Source: Promethearchaeota archaeon
GTDB lineage: Archaea > Asgardarchaeota > Lokiarchaeia > Sigyniarchaeales > SOKP01
DNA: 64,000 bases
Assembly: GCA_048937405.1 (NCBI GenBank)
Contig: JBHLNF010000008.1
Location: 32,001-96,000, forward strand
Direction: 5' to 3'
Below are positions 18,022 to 28,268 of this stretch, piece after piece. Under the pieces are notes generated by a model. That model was not told where the DNA came from. It worked only from the letters and a program-made list of their open reading frames with translations, and ran no database searches. The stretch's first letter is position 1, and the number at the start of each line of letters is the position of its first letter. Both the position numbers and the translations under genes were made by a program.

Positions 18022-20142
18022 TTACTTTGTTTTAAAATATTGAATTGGTTGATATATTGACATATTAATTTTACTATACAAATTAGAATCAGTAATTTCG
18101 GTTAACCATGAGTAGCTAGAATCAGGTTTTAAAGGTTTCCATCGAGTATTTACTAAAGCTGAACCTTTATTTAAACCATAAGATGGTATTAATATAGAAT
18201 CTAAATATATATTATCAAAATGAGTTAAATCATGTAAATTAATGAAATTGCTTTTTCCTTCGGATACATAAACTGCATAATAAGCATCGAACCCATTTAA
18301 TTCATTTAATGTTGTCCATTTAGTATTAACATAAATCCTTGGATCTCCCTTGTATTTAGGTTTTTCTTCATAAGAAAATTTAATCTTGTTTCTTACTTTT
18401 AAATAATTCTCTAAAAATTTATTATTAGATTGTAAAATACGGGACTTATGTCTGGTTTCGCCATTCGAATAATCTATTGTAAATTTATATTCACCATCTG
18501 CTAAAAAACCATTTCTGTCATAACCAAGGTACCATATCATTTGGTGATTGTAATTATCTATTATATATCCATTTCCATTTTTAATATCAAATAATTGATT
18601 TTTTAAATTAAATTCATAATCTTTTGGACCTTTAATTCTGATATTTTTTATTAAATTAGTACTTTTTTCTCCAAATAATCCAAAAAATCGAAGTTCAAAT
18701 TTTCCTTGCTTTTCTGGTAGATTATTTGAGTTTTTATTATTATCTAAGAAAAATTGACTTACGCTAATATCATTTATTGGAGGAACGGTTTCATCTACAG
18801 CCTTATCATTAAAAAATGATTCTTGAAATTCGTTGAAGCGATGTTTATATGCCAAACCAAAAAATCGAGGAATATTTTCAAGATTTTCAAAAAAATCAGG
18901 ATGAATTTTAATTCCAGCTTGATGAAATGCTTTTGTAATATTCTTTAATTTGATGGGACAGCCCTTAATGGGGATCATTTCATTTATATCTGGATTGTTT
19001 CTGTGCTTATTAACAATACATTGCCCAAGTAATATCGTTTTTTTCTTTCCTGGCGTGGGATCCATTCTTTTACCCATGATAACCTCAACATCATCCCAAG
19101 GTTCTCCTTGTGTATTATCCCATGCATATATAATAGATAGAGGAATTAAACCAGTTATAAGAGCACAATAAGTGCATGTTGTATTATCATATTGACGAAA
19201 TGAGATACCTTTTATACCTTGTTTGGCAAATGCAATTGGTTGTGAACCATCCTGAGTATATTCAAATTTGTATTCATGATACTTGCGAACGCTTTCAATA
19301 GTCTTCCCAACTATCTCAACATCTGAAAGATCTATAGGTCGATTATTTTCTTGAGCAAAATATGATAAGTATGGTACATCAGACGGATTATGTCCTAAAA
19401 CTGATGCACCAACTTTATCTGCTGAAAACATATCTGAAGAAGTAATTAAAATGTTACTTCTTCTCATTGTTCCATCAAAACCAGGACCTCGTTCGTTTGT
19501 AAAAATACCATCAATAATAGCAATAACAGGTGGTAATTTCTTAGGTAAATGGTATAAGTAAAAGTCCAAATCTTTAATAGGATCAGAATTATGGCATTCT
19601 TTTCTTGAGGGAACATCAATTAAGCCTTTTAAGTTTTTTAGGCTAAGGCTAACTTTTGCTTGACTATGTGTTTTAAGAACGGGTAATGAGATTATCAAGT
19701 CACTATTTAAAGCATCGGTATTAAATTTTAACTTAATATTATCACCTAAATCCAATTTTTCAAAAGGTCTTTCCATAATATTGATTACTTTAAGTCCATA
19801 TTTTTCTTTAAATCTATTATATCCTAAAGTTTCGAATGCATGTGGAGTTGTTTTAAAGTCTTTAGGATCCATATTAACAATTCCTTCTCCAATAGTTATA
19901 TCTTTAATTCCATGCTCTTTGAGTAAAATAATCGTATCTTCAACTATTCTTGATGTTGTTACAACACCATAAGGAGTATAATCGGGAATTGGAAACCAAT
20001 ATACTATATTTGGTTTTAAGAAAACTCTTTCATCTCCTTTAAGAGCATCAAATGCCCCAGATTGGGTTATAACTTTCCTTAAAGAATTAACTTTTTTTCT
20101 ATAACGCGTGATACCGACTCGATATGTTTCCATACCAATCAA
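18022..20142 (-). CDS. DUF362-domain Fe-S protein with about 260 aa C-terminal extension
   Basis: Clear paralog of 16678..17991 (LKPN, PVLKTH, KNLKG, CTYC, GQC, GCP) plus an extra beta-rich domain. Confidence 0.78.
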   Translation of the reverse strand: MIGMETYRVGITRYRKKVNSLRKVITQSGAFDALKGDERVFLKPNIVYWFPIPDYTPYGVVTTSRIVEDTIILLKEHGIKDITIGEGIVNMDPKDFKTTPHAFETLGYNRFKEKYGLKVINIMERPFEKLDLGDNIKLKFNTDALNSDLIISLPVLKTHSQAKVSLSLKNLKGLIDVPSRKECHNSDPIKDLDFYLYHLPKKLPPVIAIIDGIFTNERGPGFDGTMRRSNILITSSDMFSADKVGASVLGHNPSDVPYLSYFAQENNRPIDLSDVEIVGKTIESVRKYHEYKFEYTQDGSQPIAFAKQGIKGISFRQYDNTTCTYCALITGLIPLSIIYAWDNTQGEPWDDVEVIMGKRMDPTPGKKKTILLGQCIVNKHRNNPDINEMIPIKGCPIKLKNITKAFHQAGIKIHPDFFENLENIPRFFGLAYKHRFNEFQESFFNDKAVDETVPPINDISVSQFFLDNNKNSNNLPEKQGKFELRFFGLFGEKSTNLIKNIRIKGPKDYEFNLKNQLFDIKNGNGYIIDNYNHQMIWYLGYDRNGFLADGEYKFTIDYSNGETRHKSRILQSNNKFLENYLKVRNKIKFSYEEKPKYKGDPRIYVNTKWTTLNELNGFDAYYAVYVSEGKSNFINLHDLTHFDNIYLDSILIPSYGLNKGSALVNTRWKPLKPDSSYSWLTEITDSNLYSKINMSIYQPIQYFKTK

Positions 20143-20382
20143 TTTAATATTCCTAATTAAGACAATAAAAAGCTTTACTTCTAAATATATCTAAAATATC
20201 ATAAAAAATTAATGATTATATTGAAAGGCTTTATTTTTTCTTTGAGATAACAATTCCTTCTTTATTTGAATCATTAAAAAAATTTTTTTTACCTCTTGAT
20301 ATAAATCAATGCTATTTTTAACCCTCTTTAATAAACTATATCCTCTAAGCTTATTACGTACCTTTATATTATTGAAAATTTA

Positions 20383-21039
20383 TTATGGAGATAGTTCTTC
20401 ACACCAAATCCGAATAAAGTCTTTTTTCGTAATATATCTTAAATAATATAATGAAATTATTAGAAAAATAATCGATTCTAGAATTCACAAAAAACTAGAA
20501 ATGGTAAAATTAGCGTTGAAGTTAATAGGTCCAATTGTTATTATACCGTAATTTACAATTGAGTAAGTTAAAAATTTAAAATTTCGTCCACAAACCCATG
20601 GATATAGTATATATACATTATTGTGAGCAGGCCAATCTAACAAAATATGAAAAATTCCCCCAATCAAAGCAGAATAACAAATAATTATTAAAGAATTTTT
20701 ATTAAATTGCTTATATTTAAGAAATTTCCATTGATCAATACCAAAATATCTAAAAGGTTCAAAAATTTTGCTTTTGTTAGATAGTATTTTTGCTAGTAAT
20801 GGACCAAGATATCTTGAGAAAATAAAGGTTGCTAAAATGGTTAATAGAGCAGTCCATAAAAGCTGACCGATTAGACTATGTGTAAATGCATAGAAATTAA
20901 TTGGAAAGAAAAAATCAAAAATAAAATTCAAGTCAGGGATAAAAGTACCAAAACATAAAGCTGTTCCATCAAATCTCTTTGGAAATTTAGTTTTTAAAGC
21001 CAACGCTGGAGCTTGATGGGAAAGAATCGTGAGGGGCAT
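20383..21039 (-). pseudogene. DUF4184-family membrane protein interrupted by an in-frame TGA at 20485-20487
   Basis: MPLTILSHQAP, G..IPDL, THS..G, HILLDW.AH; the frame continues past TGA as ILESIIFLIISLYILRYITKKDFIRIWCEELSP to TAA at 20383-20385. Confidence 0.6.
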
Positions 21040-21214
21040 ATTGAGTATATTTAATTTATGGCTCTTCTAATTTTTTAGTTTTTTTATGTAAATCAAAATC
21101 TTAAAATCTGTAAATTTTCAACTATTTTCAACTATTTATTTTAGGGATTTCAAATCTATGAAAAGAGATTTAAATGTTTATATAACTTATTATAAATCAC
21201 CAATTATAAAGTAA

Positions 21215-21700
21215 ATGAAATGGATGAAAATTATGGGAAAAAAAGTTCAAAAAGAAGCAATGCAATTAGGGTTAACTAATCTCCCAAAATATACTTTTTA
21301 TACACAACCTAAAAAAGTTAAAGCGAAAGCTTCAAAGGTAAAACCAGATATTGCTTATTCAATAGAAAATTGGATGACTAGTATTGATCCTTCCATCAAA
21401 ATGAGTGAAACTGGTGGCAGAACTAGTGGATATTATTATCTATCACCTGGAGCAAATATTTACATTGAAGTAATGAGTAAAATGTTTGCTAAATCACGAT
21501 TTACTATGTACAACGCGGATAAACAAGTCACCAAATTCGATATCTATACTAATAATGAAGATTACGTAAGAACGATTGCCAAAGATATTAATTCTATATG
21601 GGATGATGGAATGATACCTCATCTTAACTATGAAAAACTTCAAAAAAAGTTTAAAGTTGGAAAAGAAGAAATCATGACCTCTTGGAATACTTATCTTTAA
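21215..21700 (+). CDS. Hypothetical protein
   Basis: 161 aa ORF with plausible composition, followed by a T-tract. Confidence 0.65.
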   Translation: MKWMKIMGKKVQKEAMQLGLTNLPKYTFYTQPKKVKAKASKVKPDIAYSIENWMTSIDPSIKMSETGGRTSGYYYLSPGANIYIEVMSKMFAKSRFTMYNADKQVTKFDIYTNNEDYVRTIAKDINSIWDDGMIPHLNYEKLQKKFKVGKEEIMTSWNTYL

Positions 21701-21705
21701 ATTAA

Positions 21706-21730
21706 TTCTTTTTTTTTTATATTTTCTTGT
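21706..21730 (+). terminator. Oligo-T archaeal terminator candidate
   Basis: ttcttttttttttatattttcttgt just after the 21700 stop. Confidence 0.4.
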
Positions 21731-21984
21731 TCATTTAAAAACGATTATTGACAACTCCTTAATGATTTTATTTAAGAATAGGCGAGATCGTTGCTCGTAT
21801 AACATCCCTTGTTATCGATATATTCTTGAACTTTATTCTTATATTCTGTTTAAATTATCGATTATTTATAATAGGGATTATTATATCTAAATCTTCTATT
21901 CACACAAATTCAAGTTGTAATATTGAAATTTATATATATAAGAATAAATAAAATAATGTAATTTATTTGAAAGCGTATAAATAA

Positions 21985-22890
21985 TTATTTATTTTCATAA
22001 TGTGGAGATCCTGCTTTCATAAATCGATCTAAATGACGCATTGATGCTATCAATTTTCCTGTCTCTTTTTCTTCTAATGTCGAATCAAGCCAAAAATATT
22101 CAGTTTTCTTGGAGACTCCAATACAAGTATATTTCCCTTTAGCAATATAAGGAACACCAATAAGTGCTGGACCGTTTATATACCTCAGTTCAGTCGCACC
22201 AAAGAATGGAACTGCATTAAAGTCCTCAGTACTTGTTTTCTCATAACCTAATGCCATTGCCTCAAATAATACAGTAGGATAAAAAATTGTATTTTCCCAT
22301 GGAGATTTTTCTTTATCTTTATAATAATCTAATTGATCCTTGATTCTTTTTAATCCAATATTAGCTTCTTCTTGTGTGAGTAATATCTCTCTAGAGGGAA
22401 GCTCATCTCCTACTCTAAGTCCAGCTAAAATACGGAATTCCTCAGGATTACTATTTTTCAATTCTAATCCTTGTAAATATGATGGTTCTTTAGGTGAACC
22501 TATTGATACAGTACCAGTCATTATTTGTTGCCCGGATTTCATTTCTGCCCATGCCTTAACTTGTATATCATTCATTGCTAATGGTAGCATATCTTCAGTT
22601 GTTCCTGGAGGTAATTCTATGATTGCTCTTACTTCCTCTTTATCGATTGTAGCAAACGTGTAATACATACTAACAGTACCTTGCTCAAACCAACGATTAC
22701 CAAATATTTTTAAGCCCAAGGGTGCGAACATACTTAAATGTATGGTTCCCTGTATCGTTCCACCACGCATACCGACACTTTGAGCTACATCATCATCATG
22801 TATTGATGTAGTAGCTTCTCTTATTAGATTTTCTGGTGCTCGCCAACCTCCAATAACCTTTCCATCCTTAATTTCAATATCATCAACCAT
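21985..22890 (-). CDS. Double hotdog-fold (MaoC-like) protein
   Basis: SIHDDDVA..VGMRGGTI.GT.H hydratase-like motif; second half FGATELRYINGP. Confidence 0.6.
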   Translation of the reverse strand: MVDDIEIKDGKVIGGWRAPENLIREATTSIHDDDVAQSVGMRGGTIQGTIHLSMFAPLGLKIFGNRWFEQGTVSMYYTFATIDKEEVRAIIELPPGTTEDMLPLAMNDIQVKAWAEMKSGQQIMTGTVSIGSPKEPSYLQGLELKNSNPEEFRILAGLRVGDELPSREILLTQEEANIGLKRIKDQLDYYKDKEKSPWENTIFYPTVLFEAMALGYEKTSTEDFNAVPFFGATELRYINGPALIGVPYIAKGKYTCIGVSKKTEYFWLDSTLEEKETGKLIASMRHLDRFMKAGSPHYENK

Positions 22891-23124
22891 AGTTCCTACC
22901 TAATTTTATAATGATTTATTTAGATTAATTTAATTTTTTCTAAAAATTAACATATCAATATTGTATATAAATCTTAAAAAAACTAATCAATTTGGTTTTA
23001 TCTTAATAAATTAGTATTTAAGTGAAATTATTTCTATCCATGATAGAATGAATATAAATTTTTTAGCAATACATTTTTTATATTTTCTCTCTTGGTTTAT
23101 AGTATTTCTATTAAGATCTGAAGA

Positions 23125-24384
23125 TCATTCGATTTCAGTTTGAAGACTTTCTGATTCAATTTTATCTTTTATCTCAAATTTTGGTTTGTTGAATGCTTTT
23201 CTCCAAAAAAGAAATATTAATATCAATATTATACTAGATGTTAATGGTAAAATACCAGAGGGGAGATATGTAATAATCAAACCTCCAAGAATTGGACAAA
23301 ATATTTGTCCTATGCTAGTTAGAGAATTATTCACTCCAAAGATGCTTCCTGTTTCTTCCCTTTTAACAGTTTTGGTTAATTTACTTGACAAAATAGGGCG
23401 ACCTACCCCAGTTCCATAAGACAAGAAGAATAATGGGATAAAAATGATAATAACATTTGATGTAAATGCTAAAATAATCATTGAAAAAATCAAACTAATA
23501 AACCCAGAAAATAAAAGAGCGTTTTCGCTAATTTTTTTTAATAAGGGGTCTATTAAAAGACTTTGAAATAATACTCGTGTAATTCCAATCCATGCCATAT
23601 AGATTCCTACCTCTTGTGCGGAGATAGCTAATCGCGCTTGAGCAAATAAACTAAACGTTGATATAAAGATAAAAAATCCGAAATTATAGATGAAAAATAT
23701 CAATAAAAGACTTCGAATGATTGAAGATTTGAAGAACCGTCTTGCTTCCTTTATTGGAATAACATCCTCAAATCTTAAACTAAATCTATCTTTTTTTTCA
23801 GTTAAAGATTCTGGTAAAAAGATAATAACTAAAATAATTGAAAGTAAACTGATACCAGCAGCTAGGAACATAGGCGTAGAATAACTTATAACTGAAAGTG
23901 TTCCACCAATAAATGGACCAAATGTTAAAGCTAATCCAAAAACAGCACTTGAATATCCAAATACTCTAGTCCTATTTTGAGGACTTGAAATATCGCTCAA
24001 ATAAGCTTGACTTACTGTCATATTACTTCCTAATAATCCATCAACTAATCGAGCAGCTATGAGTATCCAAACATTTGTAGCCATACCAAGAAGTAAAAAA
24101 CCTATAAGTGTACTAATTTGACTAAATATCAAAATTGGTTTCCTACCAAACCGATCGCTTAATTTACCTGTAATAGGACTGGCAAAAAGTTGACATAAGC
24201 TAAAAATAGCGGCAATTAATCCTATTTGGAATGGATTCAATCCAAGAGAAAGCCCTAAAAATGGAAGAAGAGGCATTAGAATACTGTAACCTAAAATTTC
24301 AGTAAACATTATTATGAAAATTATAAGGATTTTTTTTCTCAAATTATTCCTATTTGTATTTTCAGATATCATTAATCCTTCCAT
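23125..24384 (-). CDS. MFS drug:H+ antiporter (TetA/DHA1-like)
   Basis: GKLSDRFGRKP motif A, ARLVDG, GP.IGG, 12 TM. Confidence 0.9.
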   Translation of the reverse strand: MEGLMISENTNRNNLRKKILIIFIIMFTEILGYSILMPLLPFLGLSLGLNPFQIGLIAAIFSLCQLFASPITGKLSDRFGRKPILIFSQISTLIGFLLLGMATNVWILIAARLVDGLLGSNMTVSQAYLSDISSPQNRTRVFGYSSAVFGLALTFGPFIGGTLSVISYSTPMFLAAGISLLSIILVIIFLPESLTEKKDRFSLRFEDVIPIKEARRFFKSSIIRSLLLIFFIYNFGFFIFISTFSLFAQARLAISAQEVGIYMAWIGITRVLFQSLLIDPLLKKISENALLFSGFISLIFSMIILAFTSNVIIIFIPLFFLSYGTGVGRPILSSKLTKTVKREETGSIFGVNNSLTSIGQIFCPILGGLIITYLPSGILPLTSSIILILIFLFWRKAFNKPKFEIKDKIESESLQTEIE

Positions 24385-24507
24385 TAAATGCTTTATTTTT
24401 TGATCTTAAAGCATTAAAGACATAATAAGTTTTCAGATTATAGAATATTCAGAATTATAGGGGAAATTTTATTTTTATAAGACAAAATAATCTATTGGAA
24501 AGTATAA

Positions 24508-25278
24508 TTATTTAAATCCCTGACAAAAGCAATCTACATTTTTAGGTAATACACTATGATTATATCCTCCTTCAAGCAATGCATATCGTCTTCCCTTACA
24601 TAACTTTTCAGAATAATTTTTCATAAGATTGCCTAATTCATAATAATCTTCAGGGTATAATAAATTACCCCAATCATCAATTCCTTGATCGAATCCTGCG
24701 CTAGCAACAAAAATATCAATATCATGCAATTTATTCATATAGCTTTCTACTTCTTTAATATAATTAATATGACCACTTGAACTTGGATTAAGAATTTTGA
24801 CTTTAAAATCATCATCTCTATTTGTAAGGATATTGATATTTCCATCTCCTGTATGAAGATCAAAGTCTAAGATAAAGGCAGATTTTATCTTCGATTCAGA
24901 ATATAATTTTAAAAGGCTTATACTGATATTATTAAAAAAGCAGAATCCCCAACAAGAGTCTGCTGAAGCATGATGCCCTGGTGGTCGAATGACGGCAAAT
25001 GTTGGATTGTCATTGTATCCTTCTTGTGCAGCTAATATTGCTCCGCCTGCAGCTAGTGAAGCTAAATCAAATAATAATGGGTTTCTTTTAATGGAATTAA
25101 AGTGCCGTTCAGTGTGGGCTCTAAGGATATCATCTTTTAACGATGATTCTGGTGTTATAAATTCATATTCTGTGTTTTCTTTCAACAATTCTATTATTCC
25201 TTCAAGGCGTCCAGGTGACGCAGCGGGATCCATCGCATAATTCGAATTAAAATATTTTTCATGAAATACGATTTTCAT
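24508..25278 (-). CDS. Histone deacetylase / AcuC superfamily amidohydrolase
   Basis: RPPGHHA, GFCFFNN, DFDLHTGDG, SAGFD, LEGGY. Confidence 0.92.
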   Translation of the reverse strand: MKIVFHEKYFNSNYAMDPAASPGRLEGIIELLKENTEYEFITPESSLKDDILRAHTERHFNSIKRNPLLFDLASLAAGGAILAAQEGYNDNPTFAVIRPPGHHASADSCWGFCFFNNISISLLKLYSESKIKSAFILDFDLHTGDGNINILTNRDDDFKVKILNPSSSGHINYIKEVESYMNKLHDIDIFVASAGFDQGIDDWGNLLYPEDYYELGNLMKNYSEKLCKGRRYALLEGGYNHSVLPKNVDCFCQGFK

Positions 25279-25360
25279 TTTTAAACAACAATAATTTTTA
25301 AATATGTATATAATTCAACTATGTAGTTAATCTAAATATTTTTAATTAATTTTTTCAGAG

Positions 25361-27094
25361 GTGTATATTATAAAAGATTATTCAGATTGGGAACCTATAC
25401 TTGATTATGAAAATGAATCACCTTATATAGAGAGTCAAAAGAGACCATGGCTTAAAATTCGAACACCTACCTTACCAAAATCGGTAAAATTCGATTCTAT
25501 TCCTGTGCATGAGTTTGTAAAGGCAAGATGGCCCAAATATCTTAACAATGTCTGTGTTTTTCATAAAGCATCTAATAAAAAATATACCTATCGTGAGGTT
25601 ATGAAATATTCGGATCAGATCGCAAATGCTTTATATGAATTAGGTATTAGGAAAAAGGATGCTGTTGGTATAATGTCAGGAAACTGCCCTGAAGTTTTGT
25701 TTTGTATGTTAGGAATCTTAGAAACTGGTGCTACTATCGTACCGATCAATCCACTACTCAAAGAACCAGAGGTTACTCACATTGTAAGAGATGCAGGGCA
25801 TATCAAAACAATCTTTGTCCATAAAGCAAATTATCGCACCATTAAAAGAGTACGAAAACAAGTTGAAATTGAAAATGTGTTTTTACTAGGCGCTGAAGAG
25901 GCTAGAGATGATGTAATTACACTTGAAGAATTTTTACTAGATAAAAGGGCTAAAGCCCCAGAAATGGATATCGATCCTATGAGTGATATTGCAGCTCTAC
26001 TATTTACGGGAGGTACGACTGGCTTACCTAAAGGTGTGATGTTAACACATCATAATTTAGTTTCAAACATAGTACAAATAATTTATTCTACCTTAGGAGA
26101 TAGGACTCTTGAAGAATTCGAAGAGCAAATAGGAACATTCGTGAGTTTATCTGTCTTACCATTATGTCATAGTTTTGGATTTACCGGAGCACTTGTTTAT
26201 ATGACTGGTGCACATATGCTAGTTATGTTTCCTTCCTTTGATCCTATTGAGATTTTAAAAGCTATTGAATTTTATAGACCTCACCTGTTTGTAGGTGTAC
26301 CCGTAATGTTTCAAATGTTAATTAATTGTCCTGATTTTACTGAGCGAGATCTATCAAGTTTAGAAAGTGCAACCTCTGGTTCCGCACCACTAGCTCCTGA
26401 ACTAGCAAGAAAGTGGGAACAAGTTGTTGGTACAAAAGTTTATCAAGGGTATGGCCTTACTGAAACTTCACCAGGAACACATGGAGCAGGAAGATGGATG
26501 CAGGATATATTACCTGAAAGTATTGGAGTGCCTATTCTAGACACAGACGCTAAAATCATAAATCCTGACACATTAGAGGAGTTAGGTACTAATGAGATAG
26601 GTGAATTATTAATTAAAGGACCTCAGGTAATGAAAGGATATTGGAAAAAACCAAAAGCTACTGCTGCTGCTTTTTTAAATGATTGGTTAAGAACAGGTGA
26701 TTTAGCAAGAATGGATGAAAATGGGTATTTCTACATAGAGGGACGTACTAAAGATATGATAAAATACAAAGGTTATAAGGTAATGCCAAGGGAAGTAGAA
26801 GAAAAGTTAATGGAACATCCCGCTATTTTAGAGACAGGTGTTATTGGTGTACCGGACCCTAATATTGGGGAAACTATAAAAGCTTTTGTCGTTCTCAAAC
26901 AAGAATATAAAGATAAGGGAATTACTGAGCGAGATATCATTGAGTGGGGAAAAGAAAAGATAGCAGCGTATAAATACCCCCGACAAGTAGAATTCTTAAA
27001 AAATCTGCCGAGGACCGCAATAGGGAAAGTTTTTCGTAGAAAACTTAGGGAAATGGAATTAGAAAAACAAGAGAAACCTATAGCTCCCTTATAA
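25361..27094 (+). CDS. fadD: Long-chain fatty acid--CoA ligase (AMP-binding)
   Basis: FTGGTTGLPKG, QGYGLTETSP, WLRTGDL, LPRTAIGK. Confidence 0.88.
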   Translation: MYIIKDYSDWEPILDYENESPYIESQKRPWLKIRTPTLPKSVKFDSIPVHEFVKARWPKYLNNVCVFHKASNKKYTYREVMKYSDQIANALYELGIRKKDAVGIMSGNCPEVLFCMLGILETGATIVPINPLLKEPEVTHIVRDAGHIKTIFVHKANYRTIKRVRKQVEIENVFLLGAEEARDDVITLEEFLLDKRAKAPEMDIDPMSDIAALLFTGGTTGLPKGVMLTHHNLVSNIVQIIYSTLGDRTLEEFEEQIGTFVSLSVLPLCHSFGFTGALVYMTGAHMLVMFPSFDPIEILKAIEFYRPHLFVGVPVMFQMLINCPDFTERDLSSLESATSGSAPLAPELARKWEQVVGTKVYQGYGLTETSPGTHGAGRWMQDILPESIGVPILDTDAKIINPDTLEELGTNEIGELLIKGPQVMKGYWKKPKATAAAFLNDWLRTGDLARMDENGYFYIEGRTKDMIKYKGYKVMPREVEEKLMEHPAILETGVIGVPDPNIGETIKAFVVLKQEYKDKGITERDIIEWGKEKIAAYKYPRQVEFLKNLPRTAIGKVFRRKLREMELEKQEKPIAPL

Positions 27095-27133
27095 TGGAAA
27101 TTTAAGTAAATACTCAAAATTCTTTCTTGTTTT

Positions 27134-28084
27134 TTATTTTTTAAACCTTGGAGAAAGGATATGTATCATATCTTTTGTCATTGATGATAAATCATATTGA
27201 GGATCCCAATCCCATTCTTCCCGAGCAAGTAAATCATCAATCGACATTGGCCAAGAATCGGCAATATTTTGCCTAAAGTCAGGTTTATAATCTATTTGAA
27301 ATTCAGGAATATGATTCTTTATTTCTGTTGCGATTTCTCCAGCAGAAAAACTCATACCTGTAACATTATACACTCTACGTTTTAATTTAGAGTTATCTGC
27401 TTCTAATAGATCTGTCATACATTTAAGGCAGTCGGGCATATACATCATAGGTAGAACCGTTTCTTCTTTAAGAAAGCAAGTGTATTCCTTTTTTTTAATT
27501 GCTTCATAGAAGATCTCAACAGCATAATCTGTCGTACCTCCTCCAGGAAGTGTTTCACTACTTATTATTCCTGGAAGTCTTATCGAACGAATATCTAAAT
27601 CAAATTTTTTATAATAATATTCTACTAAAAGTTCACCTGAAACCTTTGTGATTCCATACATTGTAGTAGGTTGCAATATAGTAGTATTTGGTGTATTATC
27701 TCTAGGAGTAGTAGGTCCAAAAGCTGCAATCGAGCTTGGCCAAATTACATTCTTTATATTATATTTTCTACTCATTTCAAGAACATTAATTAATCCATTC
27801 ATATTTATGTTCCAAGCAGTTTGAGGCATCTTTTCTCCTGTTGCTGAGAGAATCGAAGCCAGATGATATACTGTATCAACTTTATATTCATTAAATATAT
27901 TTGAGATTACATTATTGTCTATAACATCCAAATAAACCACTGGACCGGACTTTTTAATCGAATCTTGAAGTGGTGTTTTTCTATAAGTAGCAATTACATT
28001 ATCATTACCATATTTATTTCTTAAGAATGGAACTAATTCACTCCCTATTTGCCCTGCAGCACCTATTACAAGGATTTTTCGCAT
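27134..28084 (-). CDS. tdh: L-threonine 3-dehydrogenase, extended-SDR (GalE-like) type
   Basis: GAAGQIG, HLASILSATGE, PSSIAAFG, MYGITK, PGGGTTDYAV, LPMMYMPDC, IADSWP; divergent from kbl. Confidence 0.88.
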   Translation of the reverse strand: MRKILVIGAAGQIGSELVPFLRNKYGNDNVIATYRKTPLQDSIKKSGPVVYLDVIDNNVISNIFNEYKVDTVYHLASILSATGEKMPQTAWNINMNGLINVLEMSRKYNIKNVIWPSSIAAFGPTTPRDNTPNTTILQPTTMYGITKVSGELLVEYYYKKFDLDIRSIRLPGIISSETLPGGGTTDYAVEIFYEAIKKKEYTCFLKEETVLPMMYMPDCLKCMTDLLEADNSKLKRRVYNVTGMSFSAGEIATEIKNHIPEFQIDYKPDFRQNIADSWPMSIDDLLAREEWDWDPQYDLSSMTKDMIHILSPRFKK

Positions 28085-28268
28085 TTTTATCAGACTTTAG
28101 ATTGAATAGTTAATAGTATAATTCATAATTTACTCAATAAAAAAAGGTTTATTTATAATAATCCCGCATTGTTCCCTCAAGATAATAGAAGTAAAACTCA
28201 AATACTTTTCAGAATTCACATAAATTAAGAATTTACTGACTTTTTGAAAAAAAAATAAAGGTGAAATT

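Noticed and set aside
20485-20487. Selenocysteine recoding of the in-frame TGA
   Set aside because: Lokiarchaeia do use Sec, but the codon is in a TM helix with no redox motif and I see no convincing SECIS downstream; Trp->stop is simpler
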